From the human T2T-CHM13v2.0 reference genome, Homo sapiens: a stretch of DNA of 64,000 nucleotides. The stretch lies in the NCBI RefSeq assembly GCF_009914755.1, contig NC_060944.1; one strand, written 5' to 3'. Below, in pieces: positions 26,436 through 44,195 of the stretch. The stretch's first letter is position 1, and every line of letters begins with the position of its first letter. Position numbers and translations under genes: made by a program. A model generated the notes under the pieces. That model saw nothing but the letters and a program-made list of their open reading frames with translations. It had not been told where the DNA came from and did no database searches.

Positions 26436-29199
26436 GCACAGTGATTCTCATGGAAGCCTTCCATTCAGCCACGTGGTGGTTAGCCCTCAGCAGGCTGGGC
26501 CCCAAGGTTCTGTCTCCTCTTCCAGTTTCTCCTCAGCTCAGTGCTCTGGGGCCTGGTGCCCCAAGAATCTTATCCTCAGTGCCATTGCCCCCAGCCCACA
26601 CCCTCATTCCAGGGCAGGCCTTGGTCTTGCTGTGTGACCAAGGCCCGGCAGCCCCCTTCTCTGAGCCTTAGCCTCCTCAGCTGCCAAGGAGAAGGGCCCA
26701 CGAAAGCTCCTGGGGGTTGAGGCTGTGACCCCCTGGCCTTGTGAGCTGCCCTACCCACCCCGTTACGGGGCGGCCTGGTGACAGACTCTGGGATGGTTCC
26801 TGGGGTGGGGTGGGGGGGTCTGCGAAGCCTCCTAACCCCTCCAACTCACCAGTCCCTAGATGCTGTCTCCTTCTCAGTGACCTCACTCCAGGGTGTGGGG
26901 GCTCGGAGGAGGGAGAGATGGTGGGAAGTGGGTATAGGGAAGAGAGCGCCACCCTGGTGTGCCAGTCTTTCCCCCATTTTGCCGCTGAGGAAACTGAGGC
27001 TGCAGGACTGAAATTGACATAGCTCCCTCGCCTTTCTCTAAGCGGTCCCAGCTGCAGGCCCTGTCAAAGCCATCCCACCTGCCTGGATCACACTCCCCAC
27101 CCTCTCTTCACAAACCGCCTAGCCTTTGGGCCTCAGCTGAGATACCCCCTCCTCTGGGAAGGCCACCATGGTTTAGGTGTCTCCTCTTGCCCCTCTGGCC
27201 CTTTGGAGCTGGAGATGACGGTCCCTGACAAGACACTGTGGGAAGGGCCACTGTTCTCTGACCGCCGGCTCCCAGGGGCCTGAGAAAAGCTTCCTGGCCC
27301 TGCTCTCAGTTTTGCAGGCCTTCGTGACTTGCATTGAACATATCCCTCTCAGGGTCTTCCCCGGGCCCCCTCGTGCCTAGGCCAAGGGCCAGCAGTGACC
27401 CAGTTATACCGGAACACACTCTGGCCAGACCTCGCTCTGAACAAGGCCCTGCCCACCTGGCACCCTGGTCCGCCTGCGCCTCTGCACCCAGGCTCCCTCC
27501 TGGGTCGCCCTTGCTGTGCTCCTCACAGGGGAGGTGGGGTAGGATGGGCTCTGGTGTCCCTCGGATCTGGCTGGTATCCTGGCTGTCTGCCTTCTGGCTG
27601 GGGCAGCCTCCTGGGGCCCCTGTGGCCTTGTATGTAAAACGAGTGTGGCCACAGCTTGCTACAGGGCTGCTGGGAACATTGGAGGGGAGCGTGAACCCCG
27701 GGCGGGAGGATGTGAAGGGGAGAAGTGTGGGTTTCTGCACCCCCATCAGCACACCCCATTCCACCCCCGCCTGGACCAGAGCAGCTGGTGACATTGGGTT
27801 TTGCCAAGAGGAGCCCAGGCTCCTTCCTTGGGCGGTTCCCAGGGGCTCTGGGTGGCCGTCCCGGTTAGGGAGACATGCAGAGCGTTAGGGATTGTCACTC
27901 GGCTGCTAAGAGTTGGGATCTCAGGCACGCCATTTAACCTGTCTGTGCTTCAGTTTCCTCATCTGTGCGATGGTGTGATGAGCGTGGTGCATGGCAGGTG
28001 CCTGACAAGTCCTTCGGCTCTCCCATCAGGGAGAGGATGGCTGCTAATGGGCCAAGTCCCTGCCCACCGCCTTCCCCCTCCATCCCCGCACAGGCCTGAT
28101 ACTACACCCACCACTGCTCTTCCCTGCCCCGCCTCCCACCTCTCCCCTGCCATTGGGGTACTGTTATCAGGAGGCATTCCAGGACTGGCTGAGAACAGCT
28201 TCCACCCTGGGCCCTTCTGAGAGGATGCGATCACTGATAGATGCCCTGCCGGGGCCTCCTTTGAGGAATGGGCTCTGGGGTACGAGACGGTGGAACCCAG
28301 ATAGTCTGGGTTTGCCTCCTGGTGCTGTGTCTTATGAGCTGTGTGACATCAGGCAAGCAGCCCCGCCTCTCTGTGCTTCAGTTTCCTCATCTGCAAATCA
28401 GAGCCCACCACAGAGGGTTGGGGTGGTTCACTGAGCTCGTAAGCATGGTGCCCGCCACCCAGGAGCACCGTGATGGTGACGCCGTAGCTGTTGTTATCCT
28501 CTGAGGACCAACTGTCCCTCCTCCTTGTGGGGCCCCTGGTTTATTTGGCCTCTGTGTCCACCCCGTGATGAGGGCGTGGCAGGAGGACCCCTCTGGACTT
28601 TCTCTTCTCCAGGTCTAGGGGACAAGGAGAGGGTGGAGCTGAGAGAGGCTATGTTCAGAAATTGGGAACCTGCTGTGTGATCTTGGATGGCCCCTCTCCC
28701 TTTCTGAGCCTCCATTTCCTGGCCTGCTCTATGAGCACGTGGACCTGGCCCCTCGTTATCCTTGTCACGATACTTTCAGTAGTTCCTCCCTCGGCCAGCC
28801 CAGCCACATGGCTTTTGACTGTTTTTCCCACTACGGCATCTGGGGCGCAGTAGGTGCTCAGCTAAATCTTGTTGGAGAAGCCCAGGAGTGCACCACTGAG
28901 TGGCTGTCCCGGGCTTTCCCACTCCCGGCCTCTTGCTTGTGTAGCCCCCTTTGCCAAGAATGTGGCCCCCATTCATCTCTACTTGTGGAAATCCTTGTCC
29001 TCGAAGCCCTTCGCAAATGCTGCCTCCCCTAGGAAGCCTTTCCCAGTTTCTCCCAGCCAGAGGAGATGCTGGTCCTTGGAACACTTGCTCTGAGGCTCTC
29101 TGGTGGTCCCTGTTACAGTGCACTGCCGTGTCCATAGTAACAGATGAATGGCAAACAGGGACTGTGCACTTGCTAGGAGCCAGGCACAGGGGGAGGCCC

Positions 29200-29355
29200 T
29201 GAGCTTGTGCTGTCTTATTTCATCTTCCACACCAACCTCACAAGGTGGATATTAATCCTATTGTCCCTCCCTTTACAGAACAGAGAACAGAAGCTCAGAG
29301 AAGTGAAGCAACTTGCCCAGCTATGAGAGACAGAGCCAGGATTTGAAACCAGGTA
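29200..29355 (-). mobile_element. MIR hosting exon 1B
   Basis: tttacag-aacagagaacagaagctcagagaagtgaagcaacttgcccag...cagagccaggatttgaaaccagg matches the antisense MIR core. Confidence 0.8.
29279..29352 (+). other. SRC: SRC non-coding exon 1B (74 nt), MIR-derived
   Basis: ccctccctttacag|AACAGAGAACAGAAGC ... TTTGAAACCAG|gtaagc; strong sites at both ends; matches remembered SRC 5'UTR. Confidence 0.88.
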
Positions 29356-29393
29356 AGCCTGTGTTTTTTCTTAAAAAGGAAAGAAAAGACATC

Positions 29394-29394
<1 letters not shown>

Positions 29395-29440
<46 letters not shown>
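29395..29440. repeat. (AC)23 microsatellite
   Basis: Perfect run of 23 AC units, 42 nt after the exon 1B donor. Confidence 0.98.
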
Positions 29441-29442
<2 letters not shown>

Positions 29443-29658
29443 CAGGGAAAAGTAAGCCTCTCTCACACCCAGGTCTCCTTGCCAGAGGCAACCACTTGAA
29501 AAAATTTCTGGTGTATCCTTCCAGGGAGATCCAAGCATATATAAGCATGTATATTAACAATTTTTTTAGCATAATGTGAATTTCAATAATGATGGGAATG
29601 CCAGGTGTTGATATTTTTAGCTTCTGCACTTGACTCAATATTACATATTTGCAAAGAA

Positions 29659-29952
29659 TTTTTTTTTTTTCTTAGACAGGGTCTTACTCTGTTGCCCAGG
29701 CTGTAGTGCAGTGTCACAATCATGCTCACCGTAGCTTCGAAATCCTGGGCTCAAACGATCCTCCCACCTCAGTGTCCCAAGGAGCTGGGACTGCAGGCAC
29801 ATGCACCACACCCAGCCAGTTATTTATTTTTTTGTAGAGACAGAGTCTCACTATGTTGCCTAGGCTAGTCTCGAATGCCTGTGCTCAAGCAATCCTCCTG
29901 TCTTGGCCTCCCAAAGTACTGGGATTATAGGTATGAGCCATCATCCCTGGCC
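29659..29952 (-). mobile_element. Alu (AluJ-like)
   Basis: Reverse-complement Alu dimer flanked by agaattttttt on both sides. Confidence 0.92.
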
Positions 29953-31164
29953 AGAATTTTTTTTTTTTTTAGACAAATGATAGCACACACTCTACCCTGT
30001 CCAACACACACAATTGACTTTTTTCTCTTGACAGTGTACCTCAGAGATCATTTATTTGTGCTGCACTTTTCTTGTTCATGGTTGCGTAGTATTCCACTGC
30101 ATGTATGGTAGTCACACTTTATTTAATTAAGGACAGATATTTTGGTTGTTTCCAGGCTTTTGCTTGTTCTAGACAATTCCACAAATGAATATCCTCAATC
30201 ATATGCCTTGTGTTTGTGTGTTCTTTTAGGATCAATTCCACCTTGCAGGGCCGGTGGGTGTGTAATTGTGATAGGTATTGCCAAATTGTCTTTCAGAGAG
30301 ATTGTGCTGGTGTCACCACGCCCTCTGTTCTCCTCACTCTCACCAGCATAAATTGCATAAGTGCAATTTGCCAATCTGATAGGTGAACAGTGGCCCCCAG
30401 TGTAGTTTATTTGAAAAATGTGTATCACAGCTTTACTGAGATAAAATTCCCATACCATACAATTTATCTATTTAAAGTATACAATTCAGTGGTTTTTAGT
30501 AGAGTCACGGAATTGTACAATCGTCACCACAGTCAAATTTAGAACATTTTCATTACTCCAGAAAGAAACTTCACCCATTACAGTCACTCCCCACTTCCCC
30601 CTAAACTTCCCTTCCCTAGGCCTAGGCAGCAACTAATCTAGTTTCTGTTTCTATAGATTTGCCTATTCTGGACATTTAATAGAAATGGAATCATTCAAGT
30701 GTGCTCTTTTGTGGCTGGCTTCTTTCACTTAGCATAATGTTTTCAAGATTCACTCATGTTGTAGCATGGATCAATATTTCATTTTTTTTTCTTGCCAAAT
30801 AATATTCTATCATATGGATATACCATATTTTATTTATCCATTCATCAGTTGATGGACATTTGGGCTTTCTGGCTATTATGGGTAATGCTGTTCTGGACAT
30901 TCATGCACAAGTTTTTGTATAGACATATGTTTTTCATTTCTTTCGAGTGTGTACCTAGGAGTAGAATTGCTAGATCATATGGTAATTCCGTGTTTAACTT
31001 TTTGAGGAACTGCCAGACTGTTTTGCAAAGCAGCTGCACCATTTTACATTCCCATCAGCAATGTCTGAGGGTTCCAATTTCTCCACATTCTTGCCAACAT
31101 TTGTCTTTTAGATTCTAGCCATCCATCCTAGTGTCTGTGAAGTGGCATCTCATTGTGGTTTTGA

Positions 31165-32003
<839 letters not shown>

Positions 32004-32204
32004 TAAGAGATTTTTATATATTGTAGATACAAGTCTCTTGTCAGATATATGATTTGCAAATATTTTCTCCTATTCTGTGGGTTGTACTTTTATTTTCTTG
32101 ATGTTGTTCTTTGGAAAACAGAAGTTTTTAATTGTGATGAAGTGCAGTTTATTTTTCCTTTTGTTGCTTGTGCTCTAGGTGTTGTATTTAAGAAATCATA
32201 ATCT

Positions 32205-32919
<715 letters not shown>

Positions 32920-33839
32920 TATGCCTATATTTTCTTATGAGAGTTTTTTATTTTTACCTCTTTCATTTAGGTTTGTGATCCAATTTGTGTTGATTTTTAT
33001 GCAGGATTTGAGGAAGGTGTCCAGCTTCTTCTCCCTTGAATTGTCTTGGCACCCTTGCATAAAATCAATTGACTGTCAATGTGATTGTTTCCTTTTGGAC
33101 TCTGAATTCCCCTCCACTGGTTTATAAGTCTACACTTATACCAGTACCATGCTGTTACTGTTGTTTTACAGTTTTGAAATTGAAAAGTGTGAGTCCTCAA
33201 ACTTTGTTTTTCTTAAAGACTGTTTGGCTATTCTGGGTCCCATGACTTTCCATATGAATTTTAAGATCAGTTTGTCAATTTTGGCAAAGAAACTAGCTGG
33301 GACTTTGATAGGGAGCAGACCAATTGGGGAGTATTGCCATCTTAATAATATTTAGGCTTCTGAGCCATGAACACGGGATGTCTTTCCATTTCTTTCAAAA
33401 TTTTTTTGTAGTTTTCGGAGTATAAGTTTTATACTTTCATTAATCTTTTTCCTAAGTATTCTTTTGATGCTATCATAAATTTCCTTCTTAATTTTATTTT
33501 TGGATTCTTCATTGCCAACCTATAGAAATACAATGTATTTTTGTGTATTGATTTTGTACTTTACAGCCTTGCTGAACTCATTTATTAGTTCTACTGATTT
33601 TTTGGTGGAATTCTTAGGATTTTCTATATATAAGATCATATTATCTGCAAAAAAAGAGAGTTTTCCTTCTTCCTTTCTAATCTGGATGCCTTATGTTTCA
33701 TTTTCGTTCCTAATTGTCCGGGCTAGAAGCTCCAGTACAATCTTGAATAGAAGTGGTGAGGGTAGATATTCTTTTCATTTCTGATCTTGGGGGGATGGCA
33801 CGCAGTCTTTTACCGTTAAGTAGGATGTTAGCTCTGGGG

Positions 33840-34169
33840 TTTTCTTTTTCTTTTTTCTTTTCTTTCTTTTCTTTTTCTTTTTTTTTAAGATGGGAGTCTC
33901 ACTCTGTCACCCAGGCTGGAGTGCAGTGGTGCGATCTTGGCTAACTGAAACCTTTGCCTCCTGGGTTCAAGCGATTCTCCTGCCTCGGCCTCCTGAGTAG
34001 CTGGAATTACTGGCATCTGCCACCACACCCAGCTAATTTTTGTATTTTTAGTAGAGATGAGATTTTACCATGTTGGCCACACTGGTCTCTAACTCCTGAC
34101 CTCAGGTGATCCACCCGGCTCGGCCTCCCAGAGTGCTGGGATTGCAGGTGTGAGCCACCACACCCGGCC
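33840..34169 (-). mobile_element. Alu (AluS-like)
   Basis: (TTTC)-type tail and reverse-complement dimer. Confidence 0.93.
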
Positions 34170-34352
34170 TAGCCGTGAGGTTTTCATTGCTGCTTTTTAT
34201 CTGGGTGAGGAGGTTCCCTTCTATCGTTTTTGTCATGAAGGAGTGTTGAATTTTGTCAAATGCTTTTTTCTACATGTATTAGAATTATTACCTGGTTCTT
34301 GACCTTTATTATATTGGTATAGTGTATCACATTAATCGATTTTCAGAAGTTA

Positions 34353-34685
<333 letters not shown>

Positions 34686-35033
34686 TTACTTGGTCATGGC
34701 ATCTAATTCTTTTCATATGTTGCTGGATCCAGTTTTCTAGTATTTTGTAGAAGATTTATATACATGTAATATATATATTCATTTTCATAAAAGTCATTGG
34801 TCTGTAATTTTCTTTTCTTGTGATGTCTTTGTGTGGTTATGGTATCGGGGTAATACCGGCTTCAGAAAATGAGTTGGGAAGTGTTTCCTAGAGAAGAACT
34901 GGTATAATTTCTTCTTTAAAAATTTGGTAGAATTCACCAGTCCAGCTATCTGGGCCTGGGCTGCTTCTGTGAGAAGATTTAAAATTAATAATTCCATCTC
35001 TTTACTTGCTTTAGATTTATTTGAATTTTCTAT

Positions 35034-35363
<330 letters not shown>

Positions 35364-35744
35364 TATTTCTTCTTATTTTTGATAATTTGTGTTTTTTTCC
35401 TAGGAATTTCATCTAAGTTATCTAGTTTGTTGACATAGAATTATTCATAGTAGTCTCTTATAATCTTTGTTTCTTTAAGGTTAGTAATAATGTCTTCCCT
35501 TTCATTCCTGAGTTTAGTAATTTGAGTCTTCTCTTTTTTTCTTGTTCAGTGTAGCTAAAGGTTTGTCAATCTTGTTGATCTTTTCAAAGAATCACCTCTT
35601 GGTTTTGTTGATTTTCTCTATTGCTTTTTATTTTTTATTTCATTAATTTCTGCTCTAATTTTTATTCTTTCCTTCCTTGTATAGCTTTAGGTTTAGTTTG
35701 CTCTTCTTTTCACAGTGTCTTAAGGTAGAAGTTTAGGTTATTGA

Positions 35745-36352
<608 letters not shown>

Positions 36353-37080
36353 TAGACGGTTTCCTTTTTTTAAAATATAGGATTTTACAGCTAGAAATTT
36401 CCCTTTAAGTTCTCTTTTACCACATCCATATATTTGGATATGTTGTATCTTCATTTTCTTTCATCTCAAAGTATTTTCTAAGCTTTTTGGTGATTTATTC
36501 TTTGACTCACTGGTAATTGAGGAGCGTGTTGTTTAGTTTTCACATATTTTAATTTTCCAAATTTCTTTCTGTTATTGATTTCTTACTTCATTCTATTGTG
36601 GTTGGAAACATACTTTGTATGATTTCACTCCTTTTAAATTTATTGAGGCTTGTTTTATGGTGTAGCATATGGTCTATCCTGGAGAATGTTCCATGTGCAC
36701 TTGAGAAGAACGTGTATCTGCTGTTGTTGGGTGGCTGGTATGGTTTGAATTTGCATTTATCTTATGAGTGAGGTTGAGCATCTTGTCATATGTTTGCGAG
36801 CCATTTGTTTGCTTTTTCTGTAAACTATATGTTGTCATTTTTCTTATTTTATGGGAGCTTATTATATACATGCTAAGAAAAAAAAACACCCTTACCTATC
36901 ATATGAGTTGCAATTATTTTTCTTTGTTTGTCCTTTGAACTTGTTTATGATGTCTATTGAGCCATATCAGATTTTTATGTAGATTGATTTATCATTTAAA
37001 AAATGGTTTCTAGGTCTTATGTCATGTTTAGGAATGCTTTCCCCATTCAGAGATATGAAAATTCATTATCTTTTCCCCTT

Positions 37081-37553
37081 TATGCATATATATACACATA
37101 TATACACATATACACATATATACATATATACACACATATACACACATATATACATATATAAATACATATACACATATATGTACACACACATATGTACATA
37201 TATACACATATGTACATATACACACATACACACATATATGTACACACATACACATGTATACATATATGTACATATCTACACACATGTACATACGTACACA
37301 CATGCACATATGTACACACGCACACACATGTACATACGCACACACACACACATATTACATATGTACACATGCACACATTACATATGTACACACATACACA
37401 CATGTACACACACATATGTACATATATACACATACACATATATGTACATTATACACATATATGCGTATATATACGCATATATACGCATATATGCGTGTAT
37501 ATACGCATATATACGCATATATGCATATATACACACACACATACATATATATA
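37081..37553. repeat. Compound alternating purine-pyrimidine repeat (TA/CA/TG mix), ~470 bp
   Basis: tatacacatatatacacata...tgtacacacac...tatgcgtatatatacgcata. Confidence 0.97.
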
Positions 37554-37677
37554 TTTTTTGTGGATATGAGGTTTCACCATGTTGTTCAGGCTGGTCTCAA
37601 ACTCCTGGACTCAAACAACCCTCCTGCCTTGGCCCCCAAAGTGTTGGGATTACAGGCGTAAGCCACCACGCCCAGCT
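37554..37677 (-). mobile_element. Alu left monomer/FLAM
   Basis: ggtttcaccatgttgttcaggctggtctcaaactcctgg...gggattacaggcgtaagccaccacgcccagc. Confidence 0.88.
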
Positions 37678-38149
37678 CTTCCCCTTTTTAGAGCTTTATT
37701 GTTTGAGTATTTTGTGGTTTAAATCTGATTGATTTGTAATTTATTGGCATATATAGTGAGATTGAGATCCAGCTTTGTTTTCTGATGGCAGATTGTTGGT
37801 CCTAGCTCCATCTTAAAAATCATCCACCTTTTTCTCACTGGTATAAACTGCCATCTTCATTATATAGTAAATTCCCATATGTTTCAGGACAACTTTTGGA
37901 CTCTATTCTGTTCCCCTGATGTACTGATGTGCCAATAGCACACAGTTTTAATTACTGTGTCTTTATAGTAAGGTTTACTGTCTGGTTGGGCTGTTTCTCC
38001 CTCATTAGTCTTCTTTTTAGGAGTTCTCTGGCTACTCTTATTCATATGTTTTTACTTACAAATTTAGAAATTGACTTGCCTAGTTAAAAAAAACTTGGGT
38101 TTTTTTTTAATTGGGATCACATTGAACTTCTAGATTGATTTATGAATAA

Positions 38150-39740
<1,591 letters not shown>

Positions 39741-39800
39741 CCTCTTTTTCTAAGCTAATTGTATTGGCAAGTATCTTAGAGTGGGGTTAACTGGTGGACA

Positions 39801-40174
39801 TGTATCTTAGTTCATTCAGGCTGCTGTAACAAAATACCATAGACTGGGCAGCTTAAACCATGAACATTTATTTCTCACAGCTCTGAAGGCTGGAGAGTCC
39901 AATATCAAGGTGGCAGCAGATTCAGTGTCTGATGAGGACTCTCTTCCTGGTTTGCAAACGGCCACCTTCTTAATGTGTCCTCACATGGCAGAGAGAGACA
40001 GGGCTCTGGTTTCCTCCTCTTCTCATAAGGGCACTAATCCCGTCATAAGGACTCCATCCTTATGACTTATGTAAACCTAATCACCTCCCAAGGCCCACCT
40101 CCAAACACCACCACACTGGGGATTAGGGCTTCAACATGTGAATCTGGGGTGGGGGATGCACATTCAGTCCATAG
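39801..40174 (-). mobile_element. MaLR solo LTR (MLT1A-like)
   Basis: tcttagttcattcaggctgctgtaacaaaataccatagactggg...tatttctcacagctctgaaggctgg...gtgtcctcacatggcagagag...gattagggcttcaacatgtgaat...cattcagtccatag. Confidence 0.85.
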
Positions 40175-40538
40175 TGATATCCTTGTCTTTTCTGGGTTCT
40201 TTCCCTGTAAAGGGGCTTTTGTAGGCCTTGGCTCCTAATCAACTCCACCAGACAACACCCCTCAGGACCATGCACAGGGCATGGCACATGTAGTAGGCAT
40301 TTTGGAGGCTTTTGCCTAACTGTCAAAGTGACTGCAAAAGAGGGCAAGTGTCTGAACAAGGTCTTCCACAGAAATCATAATAATAGCCAATTAGATATTG
40401 AGCACTTTCTATGTGCCAGGCACTTTACAAATATGACATCACGCTTCCTCACAATGAACCCCACATTATGTAGGAACAATCACACCAATTCCCATTTCCC
40501 AAGGCTGCATGGTTAGGAAGTTGCAAGCTGGCATCTGA

Positions 40539-40869
<331 letters not shown>

Positions 40870-41934
40870 CCACCTGTAGTTTTTGACTGCTCTGTGATGC
40901 TTCTGCTTCCCTGGAGGGTCTAAGATGTGGGCGATGAGATCATAGGTTGCCCTCTGACCCCTGTGTTGCTTTGGACCATGGGGTCATTGGCACAGTGGGC
41001 GGGGTACCAGAGGTAGGTTCTGACACTGCTCTCCTGAACCGTGAGCATCCCAGCTCTGCTGCACTCACTTGCTGTGTGGCCTTGGACAAGGTTTTAGTTT
41101 CTCTGAACCTTGATCCCATCTGTAAAGTGGGTGCAGTTACAGTCCCTGCGTCACTGTGCTGTTGGGTCAATTAAGAACCAACTGTGTGTAAAGCGCCCAG
41201 CCTTGTGCTTGGCATTCAAGGCCCTGCCACTGCCTCCTCTTATTCCCTGGAATGATAATAACAACAGTAAACAACATTGTGTGCTGTTTGTCATGCACTT
41301 ATTCTTTTCCTGCCACAAGGACTCTCACTCGTACTTTTCAGTTGTTAGGTTTCTATCCCCATTTTAAAGGGGAGGAAACTCACAGGCAAAGTGACTTGCA
41401 CAAGAAAATGTAGCTACTAAGAAGTGCAGCCAGGACTCGAACCCAGGTTTGACTGGAGTCCTCACTCTCAGCTCCTAAGCTCCTGGCCTACTCTCCACCC
41501 TTAGAAGAGGTGAGATGATGTTCTTCAGAGTCAGGAAGGAAGGGGCTGGTGTGTGGTGGCTGAACAGCAGTGTGACCTGAGCATCTGTGAGCCAGGAGGT
41601 GAGAGAGAGTGTGTGGCACCCTGTGGTTGGGTAGATCATTGTGGGAGGATGGGACACGCCGTGGGAGCATGGGACACACCATGGGAGACGGCAGCACCAC
41701 CAGCTGCAGGGCCATGTGGACCCAGGTGATGGCTTTAGGCCTCATCCACAGGCTTATGATGGGAAGCTCTTGAATATTTTTTAAAAATTGTCACTTTAGA
41801 AAATCATGACAAAGTCATTTCTAAATGTCAACTGATACAGGGTGTAAAGTGAAAAAGGGATTTTCCTCTCCCCATCCCACACTTTTGAGATGAAACATTG
41901 TGATGAATTTGGAATCCTTCCAGAGCTTTCTTTT

Positions 41935-42125
41935 TTTAAAGTTTTTTTAATTTTTAATTTTTATGGGCACATAGTAGGTGTATATATTTATGGGGTACAT
42001 GAGATATCTTGACACAGGCATACATTGTGTAATAATCACATCAGGGTAAGTAGGGTATCCGTCACCTCAGTTATCATTCCTTTGTGTTACAAACAATCCA
42101 ATTCTACTCTTTTAGTTTTTTTTAA
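41935..42125 (-). mobile_element. L1MA-type 3' end fragment
   Basis: tttttatgggcacatagtaggtgtatatatttatggggtacatgagata...aataatcacatcagggta...tgtgttacaaacaatccaatt. Confidence 0.78.
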
Positions 42126-42425
<300 letters not shown>

Positions 42426-43584
42426 ATCTTCTTTACAGAGATAATAGCAGCTCATGTTTGCTACAGGTCCAGTACCACATTAAGCCCACTGCCTGCATTA
42501 TCATGTTTGATTGCTCACAACCCTATTATGTGGGTAGCATCGTCCCCATTTTCCAGAGGAGGAAACTGAGGCCCTAATATGCCCAGAGGAGATTCTACCC
42601 TGCCGCTGCCTTCTTTTCACTGAAACAGTGTGTTGGGGTCTCTTATCAGGCCACTCTCAGCTCTCATTCTTTGTAATGGCTGCACTGCTGTCCACTTGAG
42701 GACTGGAGCCCCTTTATTTAACCAGCCCCTCTCTGAGGAACACGTAGGTTGTTAATGGCTTTCTGTGGAGAGTTTTAAGCGGAGGAGGCCCAGTTGTCTG
42801 TGAGGTTTACAGAGCCGCCTCTGGCTGCGGGGGGAGGGTGGACTGGAGGGGCCCACACTGCTGTGTCCAGGCCTAGGATCACAGGGCCCTGGCCTGAAGG
42901 ACTGGAGATAGACAGGGTGGAGGGGAGGAATGCGCTTGAGGAAGATTCAGGAACTACCCCGGGGCTCCCCAAGGGCAGAGCCCCACACAGGGCTTGGCAC
43001 GTGGCAGGTGCTCTGCGAATACCTGGAGAATGACTGGGGTGGGATGTGCAGGGGTTGTCGCTGAGTCAGTGATGGGGATGGGGGTGGGGGGGAGATGCAG
43101 GCTTAGCGGGAGGTACTAGGCCACTTGGGGACCTGCTGAGCTCAAGGCACTGGGAACGCCGAGGGAAAAGTTCTTATAGCAGCAACTCGGCACCTCTCGA
43201 GGGAGCGAGCCATAGTGCAGGCCCCCTGTCTGCTGAGGAGTCCAGAGCCCACGGTGAGGAGTGGCTTCCCGAAGGAAAGGGGCCACCTTTCCCTGGGAAC
43301 CTCAGGCAGCCCCATTGTGGGGCCCCCACTGCTTCCCCTTGACCCCCGCAAGGGTCTATCTCTACCTTGGAGGCTGCAAGTGGCGGAAGAGATGAGGGGG
43401 GTTGGCCCCTCTCCAAGGAGCAACTCATGGTGACTCGGCAGTTGGGCCCCAGAACCAGGAAGTGCAAGGATAGAGCTCTGTGCCAGGGAGGAGGGTGGTC
43501 TCTCATGAGGTCCCACGGCATGGAAGCAGCCCTCCGAGACTAACTCCCACCCTCACTGAGTCATCGAGTGAAGAGCCGTGTAGC

Positions 43585-44195
<611 letters not shown>

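Noticed and set aside
30845-31042. L1 ORF2-like peptide as a functional gene
   Set aside because: Short remnant in a frameshifted, Alu-fragmented L1.
37019-37732. 237-aa His/Thr/Tyr-rich ORF and overlapping ORFs
   Set aside because: Translation of a dinucleotide-type repeat running into an Alu.
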